DNA of 64,000 nt from Candidatus Latescibacterota bacterium (GCA_965208835.1 OZ242358.1:4352001-4416000), one strand, 5' to 3'. Positions 20,957 through 31,021 are shown, numbered from the stretch's first letter. The notes: generated by a model not told the origin, from the sequence alone. Translations and numbers: made by a program.

Positions 20957-22315
20957 ATGCGGGAACGTATTTGCTTATATAAACGCTTTGAAGGACGTTT
21001 ATCCGTTAATCCATCGATTACGTCCAACATAATTTCGTACCGCGGGAACCGCGATGCTCCTGGATTTCGATGGATGAAATACAAGGAGGGCTTCTCAACT
21101 AGCCTAGTCGAAAGCCTGATTGGAGAAATTCAGCCTTCATCGGTCTTGGACCCGTTTTCGGGCATAGGTACCACGCCACTTGTAGCGGCCGGAATGGGAC
21201 TGCGAGCTACTGGCATAGAGATCCTGCCTGTCGCAGTACTTGTGGGGCGGGCGATTGCGCTCGCTGCCAATGGATTGCGTCGCGATGCGTTTATAAAGGT
21301 CGCATCTGCCATGCTGAAGCACCTCAGGACCGAAAAACAAGCGGGGTCGGAACATGCCTTTCCCCATGTCGGCATTACGGAATATGCTTTTCCGTCAGAG
21401 ACAGAACTCGAACTTGCCAAAGCGCGTGAATTCATTAGTATCGTCGACGACCACAGTATACAAACTATGCTTAACCTCGCATGTATGAGTGTTTTGGAGT
21501 CTGTGAGCTACACAAGAAAAGACGGACAGTATCTGCGATGGTACAACCAATCACGTCGGAATGTGAAGACACGGGCAAAGAAGAGTTCGATCCCACGGTT
21601 CATAAACGCGCTCGATTTTCGCCTTTCCCAGATGGCAGAGGACATCATACCGTTGACTGTACGTTATGGGAGCGGTGAATCTAACCTGATTGCTGGGTCG
21701 ACTCTTGAGCACCTTCGGCGTATGCCTGAGGCTTCGTTTGACTTGGTAATCACATCTCCACCCTACCCAAACCGTTACGACTATACAAGGATTTATGCGC
21801 TGGAACTGGCTTGGCTCGGATATAATCAAGATGCAATCAAGTCCCTACGCCAAGAATTGTTGTCTGCCACAGTCGAGAACAGATCCAAGATAGATTGGCT
21901 GGTGAAAAATTACCGCCACGCATCACTTTTGCCATCGGCAATCCGAATGTATGAACAGCAAAGTGCAATGCACGAAGCGTTGAATATACTGCGGTCGTAC
22001 AGAAAAGAGTTAAGCAATCCAAATGTAATTCGTATGCTTGAAGGATACTTTATTGAGATGGCTATAGTAGTTGCCGAATTAGGACGAATTGTGAGTCCCG
22101 CAGGGAACGTAATTGTCGTAAGCGATAATGTTCAATACCATGGTGAAGAATTCCCAGTGGACTTCATCCTGTCCGACTTTGCAGAACAGTCGGGATTCGA
22201 ATGCAAACACATCTGGACGCTACCACGTGGAAAGGGTAACTCGAGCCAACAAATGGGCAGATTTGGACGCCGGGAGTTGCGAAAGTGTGTTTACTGGTGG
22301 TCAAGATTGAAATAA
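20957..22315 (+). CDS. N4-cytosine DNA methyltransferase, AvaI/BsoBI-like, no cognate REase adjacent
   Basis: W.KYKEGFS, LDPFSGIGTT, ITSPPY.NRYDYTR.YALEL, GKGNSSQQMG; start uncertain (20909-20957). Confidence 0.85.
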   Translation: MRERICLYKRFEGRLSVNPSITSNIISYRGNRDAPGFRWMKYKEGFSTSLVESLIGEIQPSSVLDPFSGIGTTPLVAAGMGLRATGIEILPVAVLVGRAIALAANGLRRDAFIKVASAMLKHLRTEKQAGSEHAFPHVGITEYAFPSETELELAKAREFISIVDDHSIQTMLNLACMSVLESVSYTRKDGQYLRWYNQSRRNVKTRAKKSSIPRFINALDFRLSQMAEDIIPLTVRYGSGESNLIAGSTLEHLRRMPEASFDLVITSPPYPNRYDYTRIYALELAWLGYNQDAIKSLRQELLSATVENRSKIDWLVKNYRHASLLPSAIRMYEQQSAMHEALNILRSYRKELSNPNVIRMLEGYFIEMAIVVAELGRIVSPAGNVIVVSDNVQYHGEEFPVDFILSDFAEQSGFECKHIWTLPRGKGNSSQQMGRFGRRELRKCVYWWSRLK

Positions 22316-22395
22316 GGTTTCTTGGATCACCAATTGAAAAACTCCGTGGCTCCAACTCGGCCACAAGAAGAGCTAATAAGCCGGTTACTGACAAC

Positions 22396-23499
22396 ATGTA
22401 CGGAACACAATCTCTGACGAAGGTCGTATACCTTTTGGGTGCGGGTGCATCCCACGCCTGCGTCTCGCACGTTGGTTGCCCACATGGAATATTAATGAAG
22501 CATCTCGGACAACCCTTAACGGAAAAACTGCGTACGTTGCTGCAAGATGGATATTTGGACGATGACAGCCTAAACAACCTAGTGAATTCAGTTATTGATG
22601 AGACAACAGACTTTGAGCAAGTAATTACGTTTTTGGGTGAGGCCCCTTCCGAAATCCATCGTAGATTCGCCAACGAGATGAAGAGTGCTTTTGAAGCTGT
22701 GCTTCGGAGTCAGCTGCAACGCATACGTACAGAAATCAAAGACGATCCCATTGAACTATATAAGGTGTTAATCGACTTGTACAATATTGAGGAATTTCCG
22801 GAAAAACTCGAAGGAATTATTACGATAAATTACGACGAATACATCGAAAAAGCTATTGAACAGGTTAGCACTTGTTCTATTGACTTCGGATTCCGTGTAC
22901 AACCATCCAATCCAAACACCCTTAAACTTAGGCTGCTGAAACTTCATGGTTCCTTTGGTTGGCAGGACACTTGGCCGACTGCACGAGGATGTGATGGCAA
23001 TTCAACCCTTTGGATTCCGCCTGGTATTCAGAAAGCAAAACAGGCATATCCATTCAATGTCTTGTGGGGGTTGGCTCGTGAGATGTTATCTTGCAATGTC
23101 TTGCGCATCATTGGATGTCGCTTGGGACCGAATGATTGGGATCTGATTTCATTGCTGTTCACAATGCGTCACGTCAATTACGAAGAACGTCCCAGGATCG
23201 AAGTCATTGATGCTCCATCTCATGTGGAAGATTTGAAGCAGACATATCCTTATCTAGAACTAAGGTCAATATTGGAAGTTGACCGAATCGGCAGTAAATT
23301 TGTCGCGGAGTTTACGGGAACCTCGCCTCGCAGATTTGACGAGCTCGACGAAGAAGAACGAGCCGAAGTAATAAGAGCAGCTGGAACCGACCGCAATTGG
23401 TTCGAACTTTGGTTGAAATTGCTAGCTGAGACACTTTACGTTGAACTTGGTTCTGTTTTAACTACAACGAAAACGGTCGAAGCGTTCTTGGAATCCTAG
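22396..23499 (+). CDS. Stand-alone SIR2-like protein
   Basis: VVYLLGAGAS, ITINYD, LLKLHGS, WIPPG..K, IIGC; start moved to MYGTQ. Confidence 0.8.
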   Translation: MYGTQSLTKVVYLLGAGASHACVSHVGCPHGILMKHLGQPLTEKLRTLLQDGYLDDDSLNNLVNSVIDETTDFEQVITFLGEAPSEIHRRFANEMKSAFEAVLRSQLQRIRTEIKDDPIELYKVLIDLYNIEEFPEKLEGIITINYDEYIEKAIEQVSTCSIDFGFRVQPSNPNTLKLRLLKLHGSFGWQDTWPTARGCDGNSTLWIPPGIQKAKQAYPFNVLWGLAREMLSCNVLRIIGCRLGPNDWDLISLLFTMRHVNYEERPRIEVIDAPSHVEDLKQTYPYLELRSILEVDRIGSKFVAEFTGTSPRRFDELDEEERAEVIRAAGTDRNWFELWLKLLAETLYVELGSVLTTTKTVEAFLES

Positions 23500-23514
23500 G
23501 AGGAGCGAGTAATT

Positions 23515-24678
23515 ATGGAAAAGGAAGTTATTTCTTGGTCAGTGAAGGAATTGAGGGGACAATTTAGCTTGATAAGCTTTCCAGAATACCAGCGAGAGCC
23601 TAATTTGTGGACACTTGTCGAAAAACAACGGCTAATCGACTCGATGATTAGACACTTTGACATTGCGTCTCTATATCTCTATCAGCATAACGATGGTGCT
23701 ATGGACTGTGTGGACGGGCGTCAAAGAATAGGGTCGATAATGTCGTTCTTGGGTGAGAACAACGCCAACAGTGACACCAACTTTCCGTTTCGGCCATTGA
23801 ACGAAATCCTTCAAGAAGAATGTCCACCGTACCAGTCGTTAGCAGGCAAGACATTTAACGAGATCGAACAGCTGCGGAAAACTCACGATGACCCTACGGC
23901 AGCAAAGTTCGTGGATACGTTCTTAGGTTATCCGCTAACCGTGATCATGTTGTCTGACAGCAAGGCTGGGGAAGAGTTCAATCTTCAATTTACCAGGTTG
24001 AACTTGGGGACAATAATCAACTCTGGTGAGAAACTCCATGCTATGGTTGGTGACCTCAGAGATGCCTGTTTCAACCGTCTTGGCAATCATCCCTTTCTCG
24101 AAGGCACGAACATACCAACACGACGTTTTGCGCGTGAGCAGGTGGCAGCACAGATTCTAGCTCAAGTTTTTTCGTTCAGTGCCAACGGAGTATATACGAG
24201 GATTAGGCATTTTGACCTTCAACGGATATTTAAGGAACATCGTAAGTTCACCGACGACCAAGAGGAATTGGTTGAACAAATACGCAAGCTTTTTGATCTC
24301 TTGCGTGAAGCCTTTATTGGAATCGAAACTCTTCGAAATCGAGCGATAACAGTTTCGACTGTTCTACTCGCATGGCAATCGAAATTGGATGGCTCAGGAC
24401 AAGCATCGCAACTCGCGGAATTCATTGACGAATTCGTACATCGACTCAATTGGCAAGTTAAGAAAGGGCTGGACCTAGACCGCGAATACCTCTACCTAAC
24501 GACGTTTCAACACAACATCACACAGGCTTCCTCTGAGAAGTCTTCGATTGAAGCACGCGCTAAGACGTTGCAAGAGGAATTCTTTCGATGGCGCTGTGAC
24601 GGCGAACTGAAAGGTGACAGTGATTGGAGATTAAAGAATCCAACTAGTGATCCGGGTAGAGAATCCCGTTCATCGTAG
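23515..24678 (+). CDS. DUF262 (ParB/Srx-like, GmrSD N-terminal) protein without an obvious HNH domain
   Basis: PEYQRE..W, LIDSM, VDGRQR, FTRLN.G motifs; RBS AGGAGG overlaps the SIR2 stop. Confidence 0.85.
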   Translation: MEKEVISWSVKELRGQFSLISFPEYQREPNLWTLVEKQRLIDSMIRHFDIASLYLYQHNDGAMDCVDGRQRIGSIMSFLGENNANSDTNFPFRPLNEILQEECPPYQSLAGKTFNEIEQLRKTHDDPTAAKFVDTFLGYPLTVIMLSDSKAGEEFNLQFTRLNLGTIINSGEKLHAMVGDLRDACFNRLGNHPFLEGTNIPTRRFAREQVAAQILAQVFSFSANGVYTRIRHFDLQRIFKEHRKFTDDQEELVEQIRKLFDLLREAFIGIETLRNRAITVSTVLLAWQSKLDGSGQASQLAEFIDEFVHRLNWQVKKGLDLDREYLYLTTFQHNITQASSEKSSIEARAKTLQEEFFRWRCDGELKGDSDWRLKNPTSDPGRESRSS

Positions 24679-24961
24679 AATGGAAGTTTAGCCGGATAAT
24701 TGGTGGTATTTGGAAGACCGGTAGCGTCTTGTGTTCGTTTATTGGCCGCATTCGGATGGTTGATTTCGGTCGTGGGAGGAGAATTTATGAGTTCTCGATT
24801 ACGGTTAAAGGTATTATAGAGAAGGGCAAGGATTATCAAAGATCCGTCGGTCCGCGATTCTCCCGCTCTGTTGACGATCCATGTATCTACCTTCAGCGGC
24901 ATTCGGGACCTCCTCAGTTTGTGTTTGTACGGCAATCCACCCTCTGCTCTGGCCCGTTACA

Positions 24962-25837
24962 TCAATTCTCAATGTCTTCACGCTTGTTGATGAGATACGC
25001 GGCAAAACACGCGCACGCTCCGAACATGAAGACGGCATCATTGATGTCTACTTCGGGAGCGCTTTCGGCAAGCAGCGCATGGCGGATGCCGCTTTCATCG
25101 TTTGTATACCCGTACAAATTGATGAAAGCCGCCTTCAAAGCTGGATGATTTAAGACACCAGCCGATTCGAGAGATTTTAGCGCTGGCCCAAGCGACTTGC
25201 CTGCTTTGGGGTCTATCGTCCGTGCCACGGATTCGACCGCGTGGATACATTCTCTAACTGTATCTGCAAATCGTCCCTCGTTGATAGCGGTAGCTGCAGC
25301 ACGCATATGGCTCCTTGCGCCTAATGGAGCCTTCTCTGCGATCGTTTCGATTGCCTTCTGCGTGGCTCTACCATATTCCTCACTGACGCGGGGTATGACT
25401 GTTGGTTTACCTCCGATTTCTTGGATAGCATAGGCGAGACGACCTTTTCGAAATGCATCTTCCAATACTTGACGAAGCATAGCGGAACAGTGTTTGTGAC
25501 TAACCATAAACTCGACTAACGTAAGGAGTTCGTGATATTTCCCTTCGAGAATTATATCTCTCAAATACCCACGGTGGCGAATAGGGGTATGTTGTATTTG
25601 GTCGTGGGGCCATTGATGAACCATGAAAAAGTAGCTACGAATAATCATAGAGATAGATGCGTCTTTGTAATAACGATCGTCATCAATCGCTTCATGACGA
25701 ATCGCCGTATCAACAACGAGCCAAACTATGTGTCTGAAATCCTTGGAAACATACCCCAATCGTATAATTCCAGGCAGTGGCGCAAGTCCCTCTCGCTGAG
25801 AGAATGTAAGCCTGCGCTTTTCCTCGCTCGGTTTCAT
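24962..25837 (-). CDS. AbiJ-type N-terminal domain plus HEPN-like protein
   Basis: TFSQREG N-terminus, IHAVES, LYGYTNDESGIRHAL C-terminal motif; RBS AAGGAG. Confidence 0.8.
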   Translation of the reverse strand: MKPSEEKRRLTFSQREGLAPLPGIIRLGYVSKDFRHIVWLVVDTAIRHEAIDDDRYYKDASISMIIRSYFFMVHQWPHDQIQHTPIRHRGYLRDIILEGKYHELLTLVEFMVSHKHCSAMLRQVLEDAFRKGRLAYAIQEIGGKPTVIPRVSEEYGRATQKAIETIAEKAPLGARSHMRAAATAINEGRFADTVRECIHAVESVARTIDPKAGKSLGPALKSLESAGVLNHPALKAAFINLYGYTNDESGIRHALLAESAPEVDINDAVFMFGACACFAAYLINKREDIEN

Positions 25838-26227
25838 CTCGTCGCTCCTTGAGCTTGTTTCTGAACAATCGGCATCGGCATTTCTCCCAATATAAGTTGA
25901 AAACGACTCAAGTCAAAATCTGGCAATCCAAGTTAGTCGGACATCTGATCACGCGTAGAACATCAAGCTGCAATTGTGGATTGTGGCTGAACTGCCTCGT
26001 CCGTCGGGTGACTTACGATTGAATCGTTCCCATTGGATCGTATGAGTTATGGACGACCGAAACAAGACACTAGCGGATTCGACAAGATTTGGGCTCTAAG
26101 GATGATTGTGACTACGCCTGATGCGAAGGTTATTCCATGTGAGTCGTCCCATTCCTGTTGCCGACCGGGCATATGACAATAGACTTGGAGCACGCAACCG
26201 CTGTGCACGCAGCGAAACGCACGCCTG

Positions 26228-27303
26228 TTAAGTTTCTTCGGACCCAAGCGTCTCCGCCGCTTCTGCCAATGCCGCCATCGATGTGCCGTCCCGCGACACA
26301 TTGCACATGTCCCGCAGCCTGTTCAGCCCGATGGGCATCTTGTAATACTTGCAGATCATTCCCAGACACGCCGCCCCGCAGTCGGACTGATCGTTTTGCT
26401 TCAGGAGCGGAAAACGAAACGACGTTGATGTCTTGTGTTGTTCATCAGATGTCCTTGCGATCGAGACATCTGATGGGACGCCGTCAGCCGCAACGGCGTT
26501 GTTCACTACCGCCGCTTCCGCGTGGACGTGACTTCCGCCCGATTGAATCTCGCGGGACTGAGACCTGTCCGATCCAGATTCCCGGTACAATTGCCGGGCT
26601 ATTTCCCTCAAGGGCGTAAATTCAGGAATTGAATGTTCCAGGCTTTCCAGGTCGGATTTATCCAGAAAATAGATCACGCAGTGGACCCGGCTGCGGATCG
26701 TCCGTGACTCACCACCCTTGGAATCCGTCTCTTCGAAAAAATCCCCGGCGTCCAGAGTATGCGAGCTGCCGTCCTAAAAAACACGTCCAACCTGCCTCCG
26801 CCCACTATGCAGAACCGGCCGAGCGAGCGACCGGGTTCGACAAGCGTCGTTCCTTCTGAAACCTCTTCGCGTTTAAAGCTCTGAAAAAGCTTTCCCATGT
26901 CCGCCCCGGAAACGGACCCCTTCAGAAACCTCGTGAAGTCCCGATACGCGATATTTGCGACCTGATCCTTCAGATAGGCTTCCAGCTCCGGCTCCGCCTT
27001 CAACACCTTGAAGAACCCTTCGCGCGACACCTTCAGCACAACGGAATCCTCCGCGGCTCGCACCGTCGCCCGATGTCCCTGCGCCGCCAATAGCGCACCC
27101 TCGCCGAAATGATCGCCGCAATAGAGAAATCCTACGGTCTCAGGTTGACCGTCCGCATTCGGCTTGATCACTCGCAGCCGGCCCGACTTTACCATGTGGA
27201 ACGCGTCGCCAGGCGCCCCTTGTTCAATTACGACCTCTCCGAAACGAAACCGAACGGATTCCGGCTGATTCGACAACTGAGAAAAGCGGGTGAAGACGTC
27301 CAT
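26228..27303 (-). pseudogene. Peptidase-containing ABC exporter (cNMP-cNMP-C39), frameshifted and 3'-truncated
   Basis: cNMP domain (GDHFGEGAL, RATVRA); frameshift next to the T6 run at 26776-26781, continuing DGSSHTLDAGDFFEE..VIYFLD; C39 motif QNDQSDCGAACL; similarity stops at AETLG with no membrane or ATPase domains. Confidence 0.85.
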
Positions 27304-27653
27304 TGTTGCTTTCCCGTGAATGGAAGGATTATCGGCGTGTCCGGATGCAGGTCGACGCCCGACTGGATGCGGTTCGTTTGTTATCAGGGATTCTTCCTGC
27401 CGGAGACCCAGAATTTTCCGGCTCCGAGGGGCAGCCCTCTACACGGTGCTCAGACTCCAATCAACATTACCGTTCCTGAAGTCCGTGGATTCTTGCCGGT
27501 ATATACCTTATTTAATATCTATATATACTATATATAATATTCTTATGCGCATTGTCGACCTATCGTGAGGCCTGAGGCCCCCTTACCGATGTGAGGAGAT
27601 TGGAGCCACGAGCAACCGATCAGACCCTACACTGCATCCAGCCGGGGTTCGGC

Positions 27654-28496
27654 TTATGGTTCCTGGTGCTCGGAAATGCGTTGGGTCTCTTTCGAAATCC
27701 GGCTAAACCACCACAGTCCAAGTGCTGTGAGCGCTATCCCTGATACACTCCACCACCAGGGATTGAATGCAACTTCGTTAATGTCTCCTGAAATGTCCAG
27801 ATGATGCGTGTAAAAATGCAGCATGGTCACAGCGATGAGGTTGTTCAGAGCGTGCCCGAACAACGCGGGCAACAGTGACCCGGTACGGATTACCCACCAG
27901 GCCAATACCAACCCGGATAGAATGATAGGCACAAGATGCCAGAGGTCCAGGTGCAACATACCGAAAAGAACTGCTGACCAGACAATTGCATGAATTCTTG
28001 TATAGTTCGCCAACAGGCCGCTCAGGATTATCCCCCTGAAAAGCAACTCTTCGCCCAATGGTGCGACTAAGACTGCCCCGAACAACGCAGACAAGAAGGA
28101 TGTTCTGCTCAAGATTCCCGAACGATAGACTTCCTGCATCCACTCCGGCATAGGTACGATGCCAATCACGACTTTCATCAATTCAGAATCAAGCATCCCC
28201 AGGCCCACTACTGAAATTGCAACGCAGGGCCATACCCGCAAATCGAAATCTCTGTTGAAGAGACGCCGAACGTAATCCCAATCCAGATCGGTTCGACGGT
28301 ACACGTAACCCAGAATTACGGCGAAGCTCACCAATGCCAGGGTTCCCAATGCGAAATCGTCCTCGAACTGCCATCCCGAAATCGCCGCAGCCAATGCCAG
28401 CACTACGAACGCGAGCATGAGCAGAAACAGTAACCAGATCGTCTGCTTCAAGTCCGGATATGCCTTAGAGATCTCGTCAGAATCTGTGGCCGTCAT
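27654..28496 (-). CDS. CPBP (Abi/CAAX) intramembrane metalloprotease, paralog 3
   Basis: AYPDLKQ N-terminal motif, EELLFRG, FGMLH, HALNN; start could be 28526. Confidence 0.9.
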   Translation of the reverse strand: MTATDSDEISKAYPDLKQTIWLLFLLMLAFVVLALAAAISGWQFEDDFALGTLALVSFAVILGYVYRRTDLDWDYVRRLFNRDFDLRVWPCVAISVVGLGMLDSELMKVVIGIVPMPEWMQEVYRSGILSRTSFLSALFGAVLVAPLGEELLFRGIILSGLLANYTRIHAIVWSAVLFGMLHLDLWHLVPIILSGLVLAWWVIRTGSLLPALFGHALNNLIAVTMLHFYTHHLDISGDINEVAFNPWWWSVSGIALTALGLWWFSRISKETQRISEHQEP

Positions 28497-28516
28497 AGAT
28501 CGATCGCAGTCTGCGT

Positions 28517-28849
28517 TTACTGGCATGATTCGTCCTGCTTTCTTTTCGTACCGTCAGGCCGTCTCAGTCCGTCGGTGACGTTAGAATCCTGGCCTGGTTC
28601 AACTCCGCCGGGACCCGACTCAAATAACCCGCGGACTGCGGTCACCATTCGCGCTGCAGCTACATAGAACTTTTTTCGGAAGACTATAAACGAGACTGCC
28701 TGAACAACCAGGACCGCCATCAGGATCGCAAGATCGAATTGAATGACGTATCTGAGAATCAGCAAAGCAGGCACAACGGAGAATAACACGTATAATACGG
28801 CCGCGAGAACCCAACCTCTCCACGTTCCCCCCGAGAGGACATCCTTCAT
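28517..28849 (-). CDS. Small membrane protein with two predicted TM helices, possible immunity factor
   Basis: 110 aa, two hydrophobic stretches, RBS GGAGG, sits between CPBP genes. Confidence 0.65.
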   Translation of the reverse strand: MKDVLSGGTWRGWVLAAVLYVLFSVVPALLILRYVIQFDLAILMAVLVVQAVSFIVFRKKFYVAAARMVTAVRGLFESGPGGVEPGQDSNVTDGLRRPDGTKRKQDESCQ

Positions 28850-28948
28850 CCAGAACCTCCAGTGTTGTGTCTATTGGTCTTTTCTATGAATCAATGGACG
28901 ATTGTCTGATTTGTTTGCGTCACAATCTAAGAACCCGGCGATCAGCGG

Positions 28949-29863
28949 TTAGCCGCCATCTCCTGGCGTATCACCCGTCTCAATCCTATTGGAGCTGGCT
29001 AATTGAGGTTTGTTCGATATCCGATGAAACCACCAGAGTCCAAACGCCGCCAATATAACGCCAGCGCCTGTCCACCACCATGGATTGAAAACCACGTCGT
29101 TCAGGTCCTCCGAGACCGCGACATAGGGAACGTCAACGCGCATAAACGTCGTGGATAGCAGATTGTTAAATGCATGTCCAACAACCGCAGGCCACAGAGA
29201 TCCCGTGCTTATCGTCCACCACGCAAACAAAATGCCATATATAAAGGCAGGCGAGAATTGCCATGGGTTCAGATGACTCACGCCAAACAGTATCGATGAC
29301 CAGATAATCGCACAAGTCCTGGAATGGTTCGACAACAGGCCAAACAAGATTATACCTCTAAAGAGAAGCTCTTCGACATACGGTGCGACAATGGCGGCGT
29401 GGAAAAGGGCTGACGGGAAGGAAGTTTCGCGCCCAACCGTTGATTTAATGAGTTCCTGGAATAATTCTGGCATAGGAATTACGGAAATTACAACTTTGTT
29501 CAATTCAAAGAGAACCAACGACGTTCCGCAAATCGACATTGCGACGCCGGTCCAGAGTTGCCAATCAGAACTTGCATTCCCTGGAAACAAGAGACTTGCC
29601 CACCGTCGATCCGTACGACGGGAAATGTACAATAATACTAGCAGATAAACTGCCAATTTGGTAATGCCCAGCAGGTAGTTGTTATGTTCAAGGGGTTGGC
29701 TACTGATGATACTTGCTACGTAAATGAGAATTCCGAATCCCGACTCCGTCAGGGTCAACAGTACAAGCAACCAAATGGCCTGCTTTAGGTTCGGATACGC
29801 CATTGAGCTCTCGCAAGATTTCCTATTCGGGTTTAACTGATCGCCGCCCGCGCGTTCAAACAT
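28949..29863 (-). CDS. CPBP (Abi/CAAX) intramembrane metalloprotease, paralog 4
   Basis: MAYPNLKQ, EELLFRG, FGVSH, HAFNN; RBS GGAGGTG. Confidence 0.9.
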   Translation of the reverse strand: MFERAGGDQLNPNRKSCESSMAYPNLKQAIWLLVLLTLTESGFGILIYVASIISSQPLEHNNYLLGITKLAVYLLVLLYISRRTDRRWASLLFPGNASSDWQLWTGVAMSICGTSLVLFELNKVVISVIPMPELFQELIKSTVGRETSFPSALFHAAIVAPYVEELLFRGIILFGLLSNHSRTCAIIWSSILFGVSHLNPWQFSPAFIYGILFAWWTISTGSLWPAVVGHAFNNLLSTTFMRVDVPYVAVSEDLNDVVFNPWWWTGAGVILAAFGLWWFHRISNKPQLASSNRIETGDTPGDGG

Positions 29864-29900
29864 GTCACCTCCCGGTTCCTTTCAATAGCGTCTGGCTGTC

Positions 29901-30521
29901 TCAATCTGGCGGGCATTGCCCTTCAGGCCAGACAAAGCAACCAGGTTCAGACGGGTGATCTTGAATCAAGGCATCCTTTCCATATCGGCGTAGCTTCAAG
30001 AAAATCATGATATCTCCAGAACACACAGAGACTGTCCCGCTGAAAAGCAACAGAGACCAGATGGCGGGATCCAACCAGAACAACAAACCGGCAGCCAGTG
30101 TCGTAACGATCAATGGAAAGATCAGGACGATTCGGTGAACGCGAATTGTCAGTGGCCTATCGTAGTGACAATAGAAAGCCGCAAATTTCCAATTAGCCCC
30201 GAATCGTATCGAATTGAATGGCACCTTGCCCCATTGCAACGCGGCAACGGCGTGCAATGCTTCGTGAACTGCAATCAGCAAGACAACACTTCCGATTAAC
30301 ATCCACCTTTCTACGTTTTCCAGACTGAACTGAATCTTCAATTGCGACAAATGTGCCCCCAAGAAGCAAAAATTGAACGCCAAAAAAAACAAGATGATTC
30401 CAAGAGTGATCGCATTGACCTTGCTCACACGGATTTCGATGACCTCCCGGCCCATCTCCTTGGACGGCTCTTGACCTGCGGAGCACATTTCATTTTCCGC
30501 CGACATCGGATTCTCCATCAT
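29901..30521 (-). CDS. DUF3267-like membrane zincin metallopeptidase
   Basis: VHEALH (HExxH), FG....AFYCH, SGD, IQDHPSEPG. Confidence 0.8.
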   Translation of the reverse strand: MMENPMSAENEMCSAGQEPSKEMGREVIEIRVSKVNAITLGIILFFLAFNFCFLGAHLSQLKIQFSLENVERWMLIGSVVLLIAVHEALHAVAALQWGKVPFNSIRFGANWKFAAFYCHYDRPLTIRVHRIVLIFPLIVTTLAAGLLFWLDPAIWSLLLFSGTVSVCSGDIMIFLKLRRYGKDALIQDHPSEPGCFVWPEGQCPPD

Positions 30522-30631
30522 TGTAAATTACACGAAACCGGACCGCCAGGCATTCGATCTGAGGTGTCCTCATCCTTCCTGCTTCGACAATCTAAGGAAA
30601 AGCCCCTCGAAAGCCCGCCTGGAAGTCCGTA

Positions 30632-30673
30632 GGTCCGGTTTCCACCGAACGTGCTTTCGGTGGAAACCAGACC
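30632..30673 (-). terminator. 18-bp hairpin downstream of the peptide array
   Basis: GGTCTGGTTTCCACCGAA / TTCGGTGGAAACCGGACC; fully paired with a U-G wobble only on the minus strand; no U-tail. Confidence 0.65.
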
Positions 30674-30715
30674 CGTCAACCTTGTGACTCTTAACTGCTC
30701 ATCTCTATCAACGAA

Positions 30716-31021
30716 TCAGACTGACAGATTCGACAGGCCGTCGGCCATGCCACTGGTCAGTTGATCGTAGGCATCCGAGACGAAATTTACCGCATCCTTA
30801 GCCCTATCGTAGTACCAAATGGCGGCTTCAACGACATCCTGAGGTCTTGTCACTGCTACGACCACGAGCCCTGCCACAATCCCTACGACGACGGGATGTC
30901 CTCCCGAGACTTGTGCCATCGTATGCTCACTCAGATCTTCCCGTCTTGCAGGCAACGCCTGACAGGAGATGAGCACGCTGTCTCTATCGGTCGCCGCCGG
31001 ATAAGCCAATGCTTGTGTCAT
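30716..31021 (-). CDS. Double-glycine leader precursor peptide P4 (41-aa leader, 60-aa core)
   Basis: CQALPARREDLSEHTMAQVSGG/HPVVVG..; RBS AGGAGG. Confidence 0.8.
   Translation of the reverse strand: MTQALAYPAATDRDSVLISCQALPARREDLSEHTMAQVSGGHPVVVGIVAGLVVVAVTRPQDVVEAAIWYYDRAKDAVNFVSDAYDQLTSGMADGLSNLSV

Larger units (their letters stand above)
13380..26240. mobile_element. Lower-GC defence island, no integrase seen
   Basis: Visible drop in GC and codon bias relative to the flanks; six defence-type ORFs; flanked by two truncated host genes. Boundaries approximate. Confidence 0.75.

Noticed and set aside
27527-27553. dif-like site (AATGCGCATAA arm) in an AT-rich tract
   Set aside because: The spacer would be 5 bp and the XerD arm is poor; more likely the AT-rich promoter of the exporter gene.
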